Part shown: piece by piece, positions 1 through 12,354 of the stretch
Position numbering within the stretch: the first letter of the stretch is position 1
How the letters are laid out: each line of letters opens with the position of its first letter
Assembly: GCF_902652985.1 (NCBI RefSeq)
Contig: NC_047015.1
Span: forward strand, 12,524,001 to 12,588,000
Origin: Pecten maximus
Lineage: Eukaryota
DNA length: 64,000 nt
Reading direction: 5' to 3'
The notes under the pieces: generated by a model
Database searches by the model: none
What the model was told of the DNA's origin: nothing
Seen by the model: only the letters and a program-made list of their open reading frames with translations
Translations under genes and position numbers: made by a program

Positions 1-287
1 CTAGGGGTGAGGAAAAACCCCATGGCCTATTTTTATATAATGACTGTGTTTTTTATAAGGTGGGGATTTCAGCAGTTTCAAAGATATAACAATATCAAAG
101 AATTAAGTCCCTAGGGGTGGGGAAAGACCCCCAGGGTCCATTTTCACAACAGGGTTGTATTTATATCTTGGTGCCTTTCAATGTTACATACAGTTATGGG
201 GTAGGGATATCATCAGGCAGGGTCAGGGTTACTTTTCATTCAATTCCCCTTCCCCTATATCATTTATATCTAAATCAATTAAATTAC

Positions 288-1325
288 CAGGCTAGCTTTC
301 TGCTTTTCTCGTAGGGTTTTACGAAGTTCAAGCAGGGCATCTCCTGACAGTATTGTATTGTTCACTTCTTTAGAGTTGCTCTTTGATCTTGTGGTTGACT
401 TTTCTTGTGAAACAAATGATGCAATATTCCCAAATGCCTCAGGAATCCTCTGTTTCTTAGTTTGTATGTGGTCCTCATTGTCAGAGTCATCCAAACTGGC
501 TTCAACCTTTTGATGAAAAATATACAGATAAATACATAGCTAATTCCTGGTCTCAAAGATCTTCTGAAGAAGCTTGGTATTCTAACATTTCACATACATG
601 TATTATAGGAGACTGGTCATGAGGAGAGTTATGGTAAACGTTTCAAATTTCGGAAAATTGTTCATGACGATTAAACCACTAGGATACATGCATTTGAAAA
701 TCACATTGTAGACAGAATAAGAGGCAACTCGCAAAAACTACAGAAATAATATAGACAGAATATACAAAAATATTCTTTTGAACTTAGAATCAGTACAGCT
801 CACCTGACTCGGTTGTACAGTCGACAATTGTTAAAGACTTTGAAATTAATTTGGACAACTACTGGAAATACTTAGAACTAAATTTTAGAATGGGGGTGAA
901 ATTTCAATTTTAACACAGTTATCATAGCAACCAAGGACATGGATTATGTACCCACCGACCATAACTCTCGCTTTTTGTCAGGTATGCCTTTTCTGACAGA
1001 CATGCTTCAATTTGCTACTGTTTATATAGCTATATATAGCTATCATAGTGGAATACCACTATAATAGTGAAATCAGGACGTCTCCGCTCACCTGAAAGCA
1101 CTCCAGTAAACCCTCTTCCACATATTAGATTAAGATTATAGTTTTATAACAGTGGGACTGACCATATATGTTTATTTTGACAGGTGCTACAAATAATTTT
1201 ATAAATCGTACCGCATCCACATCTTTAGCTAACTGAAGGAAAGCCACTGCTTTTCTCTTCTTGGACTCTATCCGCTTCATTTTCTTTGATGATTGGGAAT
1301 CCAATGATTTCTCTTCTGGTGTCAT
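288..1325 (-). CDS. 5' part of a spliced gene, probably RNA exonuclease 5 (REXO5/NEF-sp)-like; coding exon 1 = 1325-1212, exon 2 = 506-288; continues beyond the window start
   Basis: ATG at 1325, 38 codons (MTPEEK...KKMKRIESKKRKAVAFLQLAKDVDA), then a GT donor. AG acceptor before 506, 73 open codons (VEASLDDSDNE...LSGDALLELRKTLREKQKASL), then a GTAATT donor. Both junctions are phase 0. Identity is inferred from the recalled N-terminus of invertebrate REXO5 proteins and the head-to-head position with ERI2 as in vertebrates; no nuclease domain lies in the window. Confidence 0.65.
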
Positions 1326-1604
1326 GTTGTAAAAAGAAAACGAGGGAAATAGAATTTCAACTGCCAGTGTCTATTTCATTGTGAAAACTCCTTCAGTATT
1401 CATGTAGATTCTTAATTCTTGCTTTCACGTGTTATTATTTTTCTACATCTGTATCGCCCAAGTGTTTTTCATATACTTATCACCCCATACCATTTTAAAC
1501 ACTCTGCTGACTCAGATTTTAACAATCATGATCTAGTTGATGTTTTGCAAAACTTGTGTGCGGCATTTTCAAACCAGTGTATGCGCATTGTTTGTTTTGG
1601 TAGC
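1326..1604. promoter_or_regulatory. Putative bidirectional promoter between the REXO5-like gene and ERI2
   Basis: Only 279 bp separate the two divergent ATGs (1325 minus, 1605 plus); TGCGCA (NRF1-like core) at 1582. Confidence 0.55.
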
Positions 1605-4600
1605 ATGAAAACTACGAAGGAATTGGCCAGGTAACTAATACTACCGCCATAACCATAATTTTAGAATTGATCGAAAAGCATATAAGAGAAATGAAATGAT
1701 TTAAAACGGTATTTGTTAAAATCGCTGTTTTAAACAAGTGATAAATTTAAGTGACTGATCAGAGGCAAGTGAGTGTACATATTGAAAAACATATAACGTG
1801 AAATATATTCTGATCAATATTTTTCATTATCATATTGATGTAGGGGGACACTTCAACAATTTCTAATTGGGAAAATATGAACATGACTTTGGAAAAATAC
1901 AACAAATTTCACTAGGTAGGGGCAGGTTAGCCCGAGTTTTCTCTGGCCCTGTCACCATGTCTGGTGTAGGGCCAGAGCGCACTACTATATGAAAACGTGG
2001 AATTATCCGACACCGTTTGGTGTCGCTAAGAATTTGATGCAAAAACAATAAAATCGGGTGTGACATAACACCTACCTTACATATATGGATAAATGAGATG
2101 TTTATGTACCCCAAAACACCCATTTAGTCTCATCTAGGTGTTTTATTCCGTCCGTATAGACCCTCACTTTACACTAGTCAAAATTTCATACTTGACTCGA
2201 CGCCATATTGCTAACTATGTAGGTCGCGGTCCGCCTAATTACCCTAATCTGTGCGCGATGGAGCGAAAAGAAAAAAAAAATACAACATTTATTTTTATAT
2301 ATTTTACCGCTTATAATTTATAAATAATGATTTTTTTAATGGAATATAACATCTTTTGGGAAATAATCAACTTATTTTTCATAATTTAAACTTTGTAAGA
2401 AGAAAAACACAATAAATGATATGTGGTCTTTTCGGTCCATTGCGTTCCGATTTGGGTGGTTAGTCGTACTGTCACTTACAAAATGGCGGGTCAACAGTAT
2501 GAAATTTTGACTAGCGTAAAGCGAGGGCCTGTACGGACGAAATAAAACACCTAGATGCGACTAAATGGGTGTTTTGGGGTACATAAACATCTCATTTATC
2601 CATATATGTAAGGTAGGTGTTATGTCACACCCGATTTTATTGTTTTTGCATCAAATTCTTAGCGACACCAAACGGTGTCGGATAATTCCACGTTTTCATA
2701 TAGTAGTGCGCTCTGGCCCTACACCAGACATGGTGACAGGGCCAGAGAAAACTCGGGCTAAAGTGTACTAGTGGTCTAATATTTGGTAAGAAAGAAGTAT
2801 TTTTTAACATATTTTTAAGAGTTTTTAGAGTTGTCAAATCTAATGTAAAGTTTTATGAATATATACTGAGTACTCCTTATTTTTGTTAGGGTACGTAGGG
2901 CCTACATGTAAAATATTTGGTTTGAGGGTTGCTTTGTGAGTTCTATATAAGAGTGGTCAGTACATGTATATAAATATTATCTCTATGCCAACTAGTTGAT
3001 ATCAATAAATGACTTGTGTTGATTAGTAATTGTCAAAAAACTTTTGTATGAAAATTTGAGAAAAACTGACAAACAGATAAACATTTTGTCTGAATGGTAA
3101 CACGTGCACAGGTATAACATATAACCGGGTCATCTGTATCAAGAAACATGTTGAATACACAGGTTAGCCACATGCTTACCTATGTCTGGTCAACTTAATT
3201 ATATTTGCATGCCTTTTTAGCCTAGGCTACCATCATCAGATGGTGGGCTATTCAAATCACCTTGCGTCTGTGGTCCTTCGTCCGTCCGTAAACAATTTTT
3301 GTTATCGCTATTTCTGTGAAAGTACTGAAGGGATCTTTCTCAAATTTCATATGTAGGTTCCCCTTGGTGCCTAGTTATGCAGATTGCATTTTGGGACCGA
3401 TCGGAAAACAACATGGCCGACAGGCAGCCATCTTGGATTTTGACCATTGAAGTTTGTTATCGCTATTTCTGAGAAAGTACTGAAGGGATCCATCTTAAAT
3501 TTCATATGTAGGTTCTCCCTGGTCTGTAGTTATGCATATTGCATTTTGGGACCAATCGGAAAACAACATGGCCGACAGACAGCCATCTTATTTTGACAAT
3601 TGAAGTTTGTTACCGCTATTTCTCAGAAAGTACTGAAGGGATCTTTCTCAAATTTCATATGTAGGTTCCCCTTGGTGCCTAGTTATGCATATTGCATTTT
3701 GGGACCAATCGGAAAACAACATGGCCGACAGGCAGCCATCTTGGATTTTGACCATTGAAGTTTGTTAATCGCTATTTCTGAGAAAGTACTGAAGGGATCC
3801 ATCTCAAATTTCATATGTAGGTTCTCCTTGGTCTGTAGTTATGCATATTGCATTTTGGGACCAATCGGAAAACAACATGGCCGACAGGCAGCCATCTTAT
3901 TTTGACAATTGAAGTTTGTTATCGCTATTTCTCAGAAAGTACTGAAGGGATCTTTCTCAAATTTCATATGTAGGTTCCCCTTGGTGCCTAGTTATGCATA
4001 TTGCATTTTGAGACCAATCGGAAAACAACATGGCCAAAAGGCAGCCATCTTGGATTTTGATAATTGAAGTTTGTTATTACTATTTCTCAGAATGTAGTGA
4101 AGGGATCTTTCTCTAATTTCATATGTAGCTATAGGTTTCCCATGGTCCCTAGTTATGCATATTGCATTTTGAGACCAGTTGCAATTGGAAAACACATGGC
4201 CGACAGGCAGCCATCTGGGATTGTGACAATCAAAGTTGTTATCGCTATTTCTTAGAAAGTACTAAAGGGATCTTTCTCAAATTTCATATATAGGTTCCCC
4301 TTGTTTAAAAAGTACTCAGGGGATGTTTCTCAATTTGCACAGAATTAGGGAGAGGAAGGGAAAAATATAGATCAATCTGACATGGAACCTATAAAGATCA
4401 TTCAATGGTGGGCGCCAAGATCTCTCTGGGATCTCTTGTTAATTAATACGATAATGCTGTTCTTTTTGGCATGGGATGAGCATATATTAGTCTTATTGAA
4501 TTTGCTCATGGTCATTCAACAGTTACTTGAGTAGCAATAATATACTTTGTCATTGATTTAAATAGGGAACTTGGACTTTTGAGAAAACGGACACTCTCAT

Positions 4601-7600
4601 CATCTGGAAGCAATAAATATCCCAGTTCTTCAAGTAAGTTTTCATTATGATCATATTCCTATATTGTATATAGTTACAAAGTTCAGTAAAACCTGTATGA
4701 AGTGGTCACCCAGGGGACCGACAGAAATTGGGTGCTTAGACAGTTGGCTGCTAAAATCAGGTTCATCAGGACCACAAAAAAACAAAGTTTTCATAGATTT
4801 ATTGCTTCTGAAAGAAATTGATGATAATTATATCATTTGATAACGAGGGGAATTTAGGTATGAGATCTAGGAGATAAAATCTAATGCTAAAAAAATTGTG
4901 ATTTTGCAAAAATTTGTAATTTTGTTTATTGCAGTCCATCAATATTTACACATGTCTGTCGTCTACTTGCTTGATGTGCAAAGTTGCATTTGAGAAGCAT
5001 GTGAGCATATATACAGGCCCATTTGGCCTCTTGTACTAGTATTGTATACAAAATGGTGGCCGCGCGCTAGTGCAGAAAACATAAAATGAGGTAAGATATT
5101 GATAGTCATTACATGCGTTTTTAGCCCACCGTCATCAGATGGTGGGCTTTTCAAATCGCCTTGCATCCATGGACCTTCGTCTATCCCTCTGTCCTTTGTA
5201 AACAATTCTTGATATCGCTATTTCTGAGAGAGTTCTGAAGAAATCTTTCTCAAATTTCATATGTAGGTTCCCCTTGGTCATGCAGTTGTATTGCATTTTG
5301 GGACCGATCAGAAAACAAAATGGCTGACAGGCAGCCATCTTTGATTTTGACAATTGAAGTTTGTTACCACGTTTTCCCAGAAAGTACTGAAGGAATTTTC
5401 CTGAAATTTCATATGTAGGTTCTCCTTGGTCATTTGTATTGCATTTTGGGACCAGTCTGAAAACAACATGGTCGACAGACAGACATTATTGCTAAATCTC
5501 AAATAAGGACGCCTCTACCTTTTTTCAAGGAAATAAATCTTTAACCGAGTGTCAAATGGTGTTCAAAAATAATAATTCATGTGAAATGTTTTGCTACTTT
5601 ATGTGTTCAATTTTCTTCAGCAAATTAAGTAAGTGAAACACAAGTTTTCGCCACATTTTGTCTATTCCTACAGATGACATGTCAGTGCAAATTAAAGAGC
5701 ACCCAAAACTAAACACACATACAAATAATAACTTACCATCTTTATATGAAGATAGGGTAAAAGACTTCATTCTTGTTGTTAACTAACTGTTGTTAAGAAC
5801 AGAAAGCTAGTAAAAGACATTGTAAATCAATTACTAGGTCAAAGAAAACGATGTCTGATATGATTTGGGAAATCATCTTTGCCTATATAAATAAAACACA
5901 AAAGAGTTCCATTTAAACATAAATGGTGGAAAACACGTTCTCTGGTCTAAAGTTCAGCTGGCATGGTTTACAAGTTTGCAGGATTATTCAAGTGATGTTT
6001 AAGCTTAATATATGATACTGAATAGATATCTTCATCTGGAATATTTTTATGACAGAATATTTTACCGTTTCCACAGCCTTGGTTATTCTGCTAAAAGGTA
6101 TAGTCTGTTTCATATATAACTGTCAATTACCTACACCCTGCGCCCTTATTAGGTCAAATATGGTATATTTCCCTCTTGTTTGAAAGTACTGGAGGGATGT
6201 TTCTCAATTTACACAGATTAGAAAGAGGAAGGGAAAAATAGAGAAAAGATCAATCTGACATAGAGTCTATAAAGATCATTTAATGGTGGACGCCAAGAAC
6301 CCCAGATCTGGGATCTCTTGTTTATTGTAACGAGCATATGTCATACTATAATCGCGACATATCCATGCCTCATGTGTGCTGGGACAGTTTGTAGGTATAT
6401 TTTATCCGTAACATTCTCACCAAAATTTCGAATCAAAGGATTCCACTGACGAATTTGATTCAAAATTTTGGTCAGAATGTTACGGAAAACTAGACTGTTC
6501 TAGCATACATGAGGTATGGATATGTCTAAATTAAATATAGCATATGCTCGCGACAATGAAAAGCCTATGTAATGATTGTTTTCAGTGTCTTACCTCATTT
6601 TATGCTTTCTTCACTGGTGGCCACCATTTTGAATTCGTATCTTCTGATCACGTGATTCCCCTCCGTGTATAAGTGAAGGTTTTCTTCATTGGTTGTTTTT
6701 AGAAAAGATATCAAATTTTTTGAGTTTGCTAAAGCTTACTATGCTGATAGATTTAAAGCAAAAATTATAAGCGTGCAAGTTTTGTTCGTATATTCAAGTG
6801 AAAACCTGTCACTTTATTAAGTTTTGATAATTGATTAATTATTCAATGTACGACTTCTTGATCATGATCATAAAGACCCATGAACATGCATTGTTGTTAA
6901 ACCAGTAACACATTTATTCACAAATAAGCCTTTTTTTCATTTTTGCAGAATCATCAATTTAAAAAGAGTATAAGCTGAAAGTCAGGTTCGAATTCACATA
7001 ATTATAAATAATTATTATAATTATAAACCTTCCCTTATTTAATTACTTTACTACTGAACTTGTGAATTAGAAGGATAAAGACAGAAATACATTCATACTA
7101 ATGCAGTTATTTTATACTGTGTAACTATAGCAAAAACTTTCTTTTTTTTCCACAGGACAGCCATTTGGATACCTTATAGTTCTGGACTTTGAATCCACCT
7201 GTTGGAAGGAGAAAAAATTCCAAACTCAAGAAATAAGTAAGATTGTTGGACTAAAAATAAATTAGTATAATATACCCAACACAACAATGCTCCAATAAAC
7301 TGGATAGGAAAAATATCTAATGCAGTTGCTATATATATATACTGTGTGTACCATATTGATACGGTAACAATGTACTTGTAATGCAGTAATGGACATGTAC
7401 TAATTAAAGATACAAATATAATACTGTGTTATCATGATAATTTCAATGTTGCATCACAACAGCATAAAGAGCTAGCACCATATATGTATCTATCAGACGT
7501 TAGACCCTTGTACCTTTGCCCTGCAGGTGGAGGGTAAGATAAGAATTGTACCTATACTGCCCCTGTTGCATGATTGTAAGAGACAACTAAATTTGGGATC

Positions 7601-10600
7601 TTTTCTCTTCCCTATGAGGAAGGCTTTTGGTTCTGTACCCTGGCGAGACATACCAGAGTCTTTGAAAATGATAGTTGTTTCTCCTGCTTACCACTCATCA
7701 TTTTGGAAGTGGGATGACTGGTTAGCCTGTTGTCAGTTTAATGTGACAGGGTGGGATGTTCTGATGGGTGTCTCCTGTTACATGCTTCAGTGAGGTAGCA
7801 CTTCAAAGTCAGCATTATTTCCACGTTATCACAAGATGAACATAAACATACTGCAGCCTCCCAAAATACACATGCATACACCTCACTAATGTATCCTGCA
7901 CATGGGAGACGTTATGAAATGATGTTAAACAATACTAAACCAAACCAAATCTTGCACCTCTCGTTTATATTGTACTTTTGCCATTTTTTTGAAATTTTAC
8001 ATTTGGTTATTTTCCAGTTGAGTTCCCAGCAGTGCTCTTAAACACGACCACAGGTGATATTGAGAGTGAATTCCACTACTATGTTCAGCCACAGGAACAG
8101 CCCATACTAAGTGACTTTTGTCATGAACTGACAGGCATCACACAGGTAAATTCTAAAATAACAAACCTCACTCAGGTAAACTAGACTCTAGAATGACAAA
8201 CATCACTCAAGTAAACTCTAGAATAACAAACCTCACTCAGGTAAACTCTAAAATGACAAACCTCACTCAGGTAAACTCTAGAATAACAAACATCACTCAG
8301 GTAAACTCTAAAATGACAAAACTCAGGTAAACTTTAAAATGACAAACATCACTCAAGTAAACTCTTGAATAACAAACAACACTCAGATAAATTGTAGAAT
8401 GACACTCCAAACAGGTAAATTTGAGAATGACATTTGTCACATAAGTAAAATACAAAATGACACACACCAGACAGGTAAATTCTAAAAGGATGCATACCAC
8501 ATATGGAAAACAGCTTTCTCAAAAAATAAAACTGAATGCAGCGGACATCAGCTTAAGTTTTTAGTCCACCGTCATCCAAAGTTCTTTATAGTTCTTTCTC
8601 AAACTATCTTGTGTAGATAAACCTAAAACACAAAATTAAGAAATCATATGTGTATAATAATCAACACAATACATATTGTAAATGCAATGCTCACCTTTTA
8701 TTTAATGAAACCTTGGTAATGTAATGTCTAATACAATTGCATTGTTGTAATTTTCAAAATTTGATACAATTGCCACCCTCGTTATACCGCCTTAACTGTT
8801 GTGGATGAAATGTGGTGTTATAACAAGGGTAGACAGTATTTAAAATTTTATGTACATTTGTATGAAAACAAGACAAATTTCCTCTTGGACAGGAACAAGT
8901 TGATGAAGGAATTCCTCTTAGACTGTGCTTGAAGAAATTCTCCAAGTGGTTAGAAAGCCTATGTAAAGACAAAGGGATAACATTTTCACCTGTTCTGGGC
9001 CAACAGTCTAGCTCAAAGGCAGCTACGTTTGTAACATGGTCAGGTAAATAATATTTAATAAGATTTTTTCAATGTTCCATATTCTAGTAACTGTTGATGC
9101 TGAGTTTATGAATATGATGGTTTAATGTTAAACTTGTGTAGACTTATTAGCACACCTGTGGAACCATACTCATAAAATGCTATCTTCAGAGATAAAGATT
9201 TTCATACGAATATCAGACCTACATTTGGGTACAGCTTGTAAGATCTAGAGTTATTCCCCCCTGTGATTGCAGACACATTCGATGTAGCCAGGAGGCTTTT
9301 GGGACTTCTGAAATTCATTTTCATGACTATCTGTTTCATTATTTCCTGAAGGTGCATGTAGTATTCCCTTAAAGTCTGTAGACCACCTAATTATTGGTCT
9401 GCCAATGAAACCTGCAGGCAAGGCCAAAACACTCTTTAAAAATCTTTGTTGGTTTAACATTGAAACTTTTTTCCTGTTGATTGTTTTTTAAGTGCATACC
9501 TTTTTGTGTTTGTTGAAAAATCCCAACACTCTTACTAGATGGAAAATGGGGAAATATTGAATTAAAAAGCGCATAATGAATTGTTAGTCTACTGTAAAAA
9601 CACTGGAACAATTAAGGCTGGAACAATTTTAATTGGATTTTCCTTTACATTTATTTCAGACTGGGACCTGGGTGTTTGTCTTTTCAATGAATGCAGAAGA
9701 AAGCAGCTGCTGAAGCCATCACAACTGAACAGCTGGATAGATCTGAGAGCAACATACAGGAAATTTTACAACCGTCGACCGCAGGGATTAAATGGAGCTC
9801 TTCAGGACCTTGGTATCACATTTGAGGGGCGGGAACATTCAGGTGAATGCCATACCAATGCATACACAATAGACATAGTGCACGTGATGGGCCATAAGTT
9901 ATTTGCCCACAATGGCAGTATTTTAAAAACAAAGTTACTAAAGCCAGGGGTTCTTTTTTTTATTGTTGAGCAAAGGATTGCCATAAGGTAAAGACAAACA
10001 TTGTTATTGCTTTTTCTTAAAAAGTACTGGAGGAATATTTCTCAAACTTCATATGTAGGTTCCTGTTGGTCCCAAGTTGTGCTTATTCAGTTTTTAATCG
10101 GATTAAAAAAACAAAATGGCCATCTTTTATATTGACAATGGAAATATGTTATTGATTTGGAGATTCTACCTTATTTCCTAGACTTCGTATATAGGTTCCC
10201 CAGGTTATCTAATGACTTAGAGAAAGAGGGGAAGGTAGGGAAAGATCACTCTTTCATAGGCAACTGATAAAGATCGTCCAATGATGAAACAGGTGGCCAT
10301 CTTTAATTTTGACCGTTGAAATTTGTTATCACTGGAAGGATTTCTCTTTAACTTCATATGTAGGTTCTCCTTGGTCCCAAGTTGTGTACATTTGATTTAA
10401 CAGTTGAAGATTGAAGATCTGATGGTGGCTGATTAGGGGGTCAGTTATTGGTATAGACAAAAAAACTCCTGAAAAGTTACATTGTTATTATAAGAATAAA
10501 TGCCATTAATCAAAATTCTGTTAAATGTTAAGAACCTTACAACTGGACATCTGTAAGTTCTATGCAATAATTACTGCAAAAATAAGAAATCTATCATAAT

Positions 10601-12354
10601 CTCATGAAATTGAGAGATACCATTAATGTTTGGTTGCTTTATTTCAAGGGTTGCATGATTCCCGTAACACTGCCCGACTGGCCTGGAGAATGACCAGGGA
10701 TGGATGTATACTGACCACCACTAAAACGCTACAGCTGGTATGACTATTTGTTTGTGAACCACCATATAATATCATACAAAACTAAAGTGTGCAATGTGTT
10801 TTACTGCCCAGATAAAGGCTTAAGAATTAGTTTCGAAGATTGGTAATCATTATACTTTTACAGATTTTAAATTGATTTTTCTTTTAGCACATACATGTAC
10901 TTAAATTTTATCCTGAGTAATTGTAACAATTTTTGTCTCACCTACAATGAAGTCATCTTCAACATTTCACTTAAAGTTTGCTTTTAGATCTGAAGCTCTA
11001 AAAGTATAAGTTCAATTTTAACCAAACTTAGTATATATAGTAGTGGACTTCTCAATACACTCTTAATTTATGGATTATCTTCCAGTCTGAGAATTTATGG
11101 GCGGGGCATATAGTGTTTCCCATGCCCGTTCCGTCCTGTGCTGTCCTCATGCAATGTAAATTAAGAAATAAATAAGAAATTAAAATGTTATTACTTTTGA
11201 ATCATCTTTATTCAATGTATTTGAATTTTTGTGATATGAGTATGATTTTATAAAATAAAGCTTGATAACCTGTGGACCTGTTTGTTGTTTGTTACCAGAT
11301 AGGTGAGGCCAGTGGTAAGACAGAATTACCTACAGCTGTGGACAGTAGTAGGACAAACCGTGGCAATGGGGAGCACTATAATGCTGTCCACAAGACCATC
11401 CCAACTGTCCAAGTCTTAAACAGTCCCAGCAGAAGTCCATGTCACAAGAAGAGGAAAACCGATACATGTGTATCACCCACTAAAAACCCTAGTCACAGTC
11501 GAGATATAGATAAGTTGGTCTCTAGTCCAAGGATTGCTCGCAGTAAAATCCCTGTAAGGTCCCCAAAGTCTGGAGACAATAGAAAGACTGCAACCACAAC
11601 AAAACAATCCATAGTAGATCAGATTTATAGAGATCCTTCTCCTGAGGAAATACCAACAGGAAACCTATTACCAAGAGCAAGTGATAAAAAACAGCTCACT
11701 ATGACGGGTCTTAGAACCAGGAATAACATTATTCCTTGTAATAATCAACAACTGAACCACACATCAACCAGAAATAACACAGCACTCAAAACACCACAGG
11801 GCTTCAAGGCAAATCCAAATGTTCAGGGTAATATTTCTTTTAAGAACCCGTCAAATTATTCCTCATTCAAAACTCCAATCCATGTTGACCACCCTCAGTC
11901 TAGGACATCATGCTGTTATTTGGATTCCTCCAAAAACTCAACAGGGCAAGAAAATATGACATCAATCTCTGGTGATATAACCCCAACCAATTTCTCCACC
12001 AAATTGTCAAAGGGCACAATAAGCAGTATGAAGGTAACACCACCTTTATGTAGATGTGGCAAACGATCAAAGAGACGCATGGCTCAAACGCCAGGGCCTA
12101 ATATGGGCCGATTCTTCTTCACTTGTGGAGCTGGATCACGTCAAAATAATCCTCAGGACAAAAGGAAAGGCTGTGATTATTTTAAGTGGGAATCAACACT
12201 TGGGATAGAAACTAATTCTAGATACAACTGTTCCTTCCAAAGTAGCAGATCAAATACTAGCTTGCCGTTTAAGCAGGTCGGACAGAAAAGTAGATTTTCA
12301 CAACGGAAAAGTCTGGGTGTGAGATCTGCCACATTTAAAACACCAATTAGGTAA
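1605..12354 (+). CDS. ERI2: ERI1 exoribonuclease family member 2 (DEDDh 3'-5' exonuclease plus C-terminal GRF zinc finger), 8 coding exons, about 593 aa
   Basis: Exons 1605-1630, 4566-4633, 7156-7236, 8018-8145, 8893-9043, 9660-9842, 10649-10737, 11299-12354. All introns are GT-AG, phases are consistent, total 1782 nt. Translation MKTTKELARELGLLRKR...YLIVLDFESTCW...EIIEFPAVLLN...LTGITQEQVDEG...FVTWSDWDLGVCL...WIDLRATY...GREHSGLHDSRNTARLAW matches ERI2 motifs. The last exon has the GRF finger CRCG...GPNMGRFFFTC...C. Confidence 0.95.
1928..2760. mobile_element. 833-bp MITE with long (about 260 bp) terminal inverted repeats, hAT-like, in ERI2 intron 1
   Basis: Ends are TAGCCCGAG...CTCGGGCTA. 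Arms are near-perfect reverse complements (identical spurious ORFs on both strands). A near-identical inverted copy lies at 17196-18028. Confidence 0.9.
3217..4441 (+). mobile_element. Helentron-associated (HINE/pearl/DTC84-type) non-autonomous element with about 6.5 internal 155-bp tandem repeats
   Basis: 5' TTAGCC..ACCATCATCAGATGGTGGGCT hairpin, (GTCC)n microsatellite, 155-bp array, 3' ATGGTGGGCGCCAAGATC..GATCTCTTGTT stem-loop. Same family as 21888-24013. Confidence 0.85.
5050..6630. mobile_element. Palindromic foldback element (arms about 190 bp) interrupted by nested insertions
   Basis: 5050-5120 plus 6323-6440 is the reverse complement of about 6450-6630 (AAAATGGTGGCC...CATAAAATGAGGTAAG...GAGCATATG). 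Confidence 0.75.
5121..6322 (+). mobile_element. HINE-type element (155-bp family) nested in the foldback element, itself interrupted by a DNA-transposon fragment at about 5503-6165
   Basis: Starts TTAGCCCACCGTCATCAGATGGTGGGCT and ends GGATCTCTTGTT. The internal foreign segment ends CTGCGCCCTTATTAGGTCAAATATGGTA (TIR-like). Confidence 0.8.
7156..7236 (+). CDS. ERI2: ERI2 exon 3 (ExoI motif DFE)
   Basis: ttccacag acceptor, YLIVLDFESTCWKE, gtaag donor. Confidence 0.9.
7520..7950 (+). mobile_element. Diverged SINE (Meta/Nin-domain-like), same family as 20205-20720
   Basis: TTGCATGATTGTAAGAGACAACTAAA, GACTGGTTAGCCTGTTGTCAG..GCTTCAGTGAGGTAGCACT, (AAACC)n tail. Confidence 0.7.
8018..8145 (+). CDS. 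ERI2: ERI2 exon 4
   Basis: tttccag acceptor, EFPAVLLNTTTGDIESEFHYYVQPQEQPILSDFCHELTGITQ, gtaaa donor. Confidence 0.92.
8146..8490 (+). repeat. About 30-bp degenerate minisatellite starting at the ERI2 exon 4 splice donor
   Basis: Unit approximately AAATGACAAACCTCACTCAGGTAAACTCTA, about 11 copies. Confidence 0.85.
8893..9043 (+). CDS. ERI2: ERI2 exon 5
   Basis: EQVDEGIPLRLCLKKFSKW...ATFVTWS, flanked by ag/gtaaa. Confidence 0.9.
9660..9842 (+). CDS. ERI2: ERI2 exon 6
   Basis: DWDLGVCLFNECRRKQLLKPSQLNSWIDLRATYRKFY...GREHS, flanked by tttcag/gtgaa. Confidence 0.92.
10000..10400 (+). mobile_element. Degraded fragments of the 155-bp HINE family in ERI2 intron 6
   Basis: TTTCTCAAACTTCATATGTAGGTTCC and AAAATGGCCATC motifs shared with 3217-4441. 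Confidence 0.6.
10649..10737 (+). CDS. ERI2: ERI2 exon 7 (ExoIII catalytic Asp)
   Basis: GLHDSRNTARLAWRMTRDGC, flanked by tttcaag/gtatg. Confidence 0.9.
11299..12354 (+). CDS. ERI2: ERI2 terminal exon (disordered S/T-rich linker plus GRF zinc finger)
   Basis: gttaccag acceptor, 352 codons ending in TAA, GRF-type zinc finger near the C-terminus. Confidence 0.9.
   Translation: MGEASGKTELPTAVDSSRTNRGNGEHYNAVHKTIPTVQVLNSPSRSPCHKKRKTDTCVSPTKNPSHSRDIDKLVSSPRIARSKIPVRSPKSGDNRKTATTTKQSIVDQIYRDPSPEEIPTGNLLPRASDKKQLTMTGLRTRNNIIPCNNQQLNHTSTRNNTALKTPQGFKANPNVQGNISFKNPSNYSSFKTPIHVDHPQSRTSCCYLDSSKNSTGQENMTSISGDITPTNFSTKLSKGTISSMKVTPPLCRCGKRSKRRMAQTPGPNMGRFFFTCGAGSRQNNPQDKRKGCDYFKWESTLGIETNSRYNCSFQSSRSNTSLPFKQVGQKSRFSQRKSLGVRSATFKTPIR

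Noticed and set aside
1863-2771. Repeated MGVLGYINISF ORFs (also at 17155-18213)
   Set aside because: Incidental ORFs in the MITE inverted repeats.
9835-10660. ERI2 motif HSGLHDS versus vertebrate HSGLDDS as a possible catalytic loss
   Set aside because: The DEDDh H-x4-D catalytic pair is retained; only a non-catalytic position differs.
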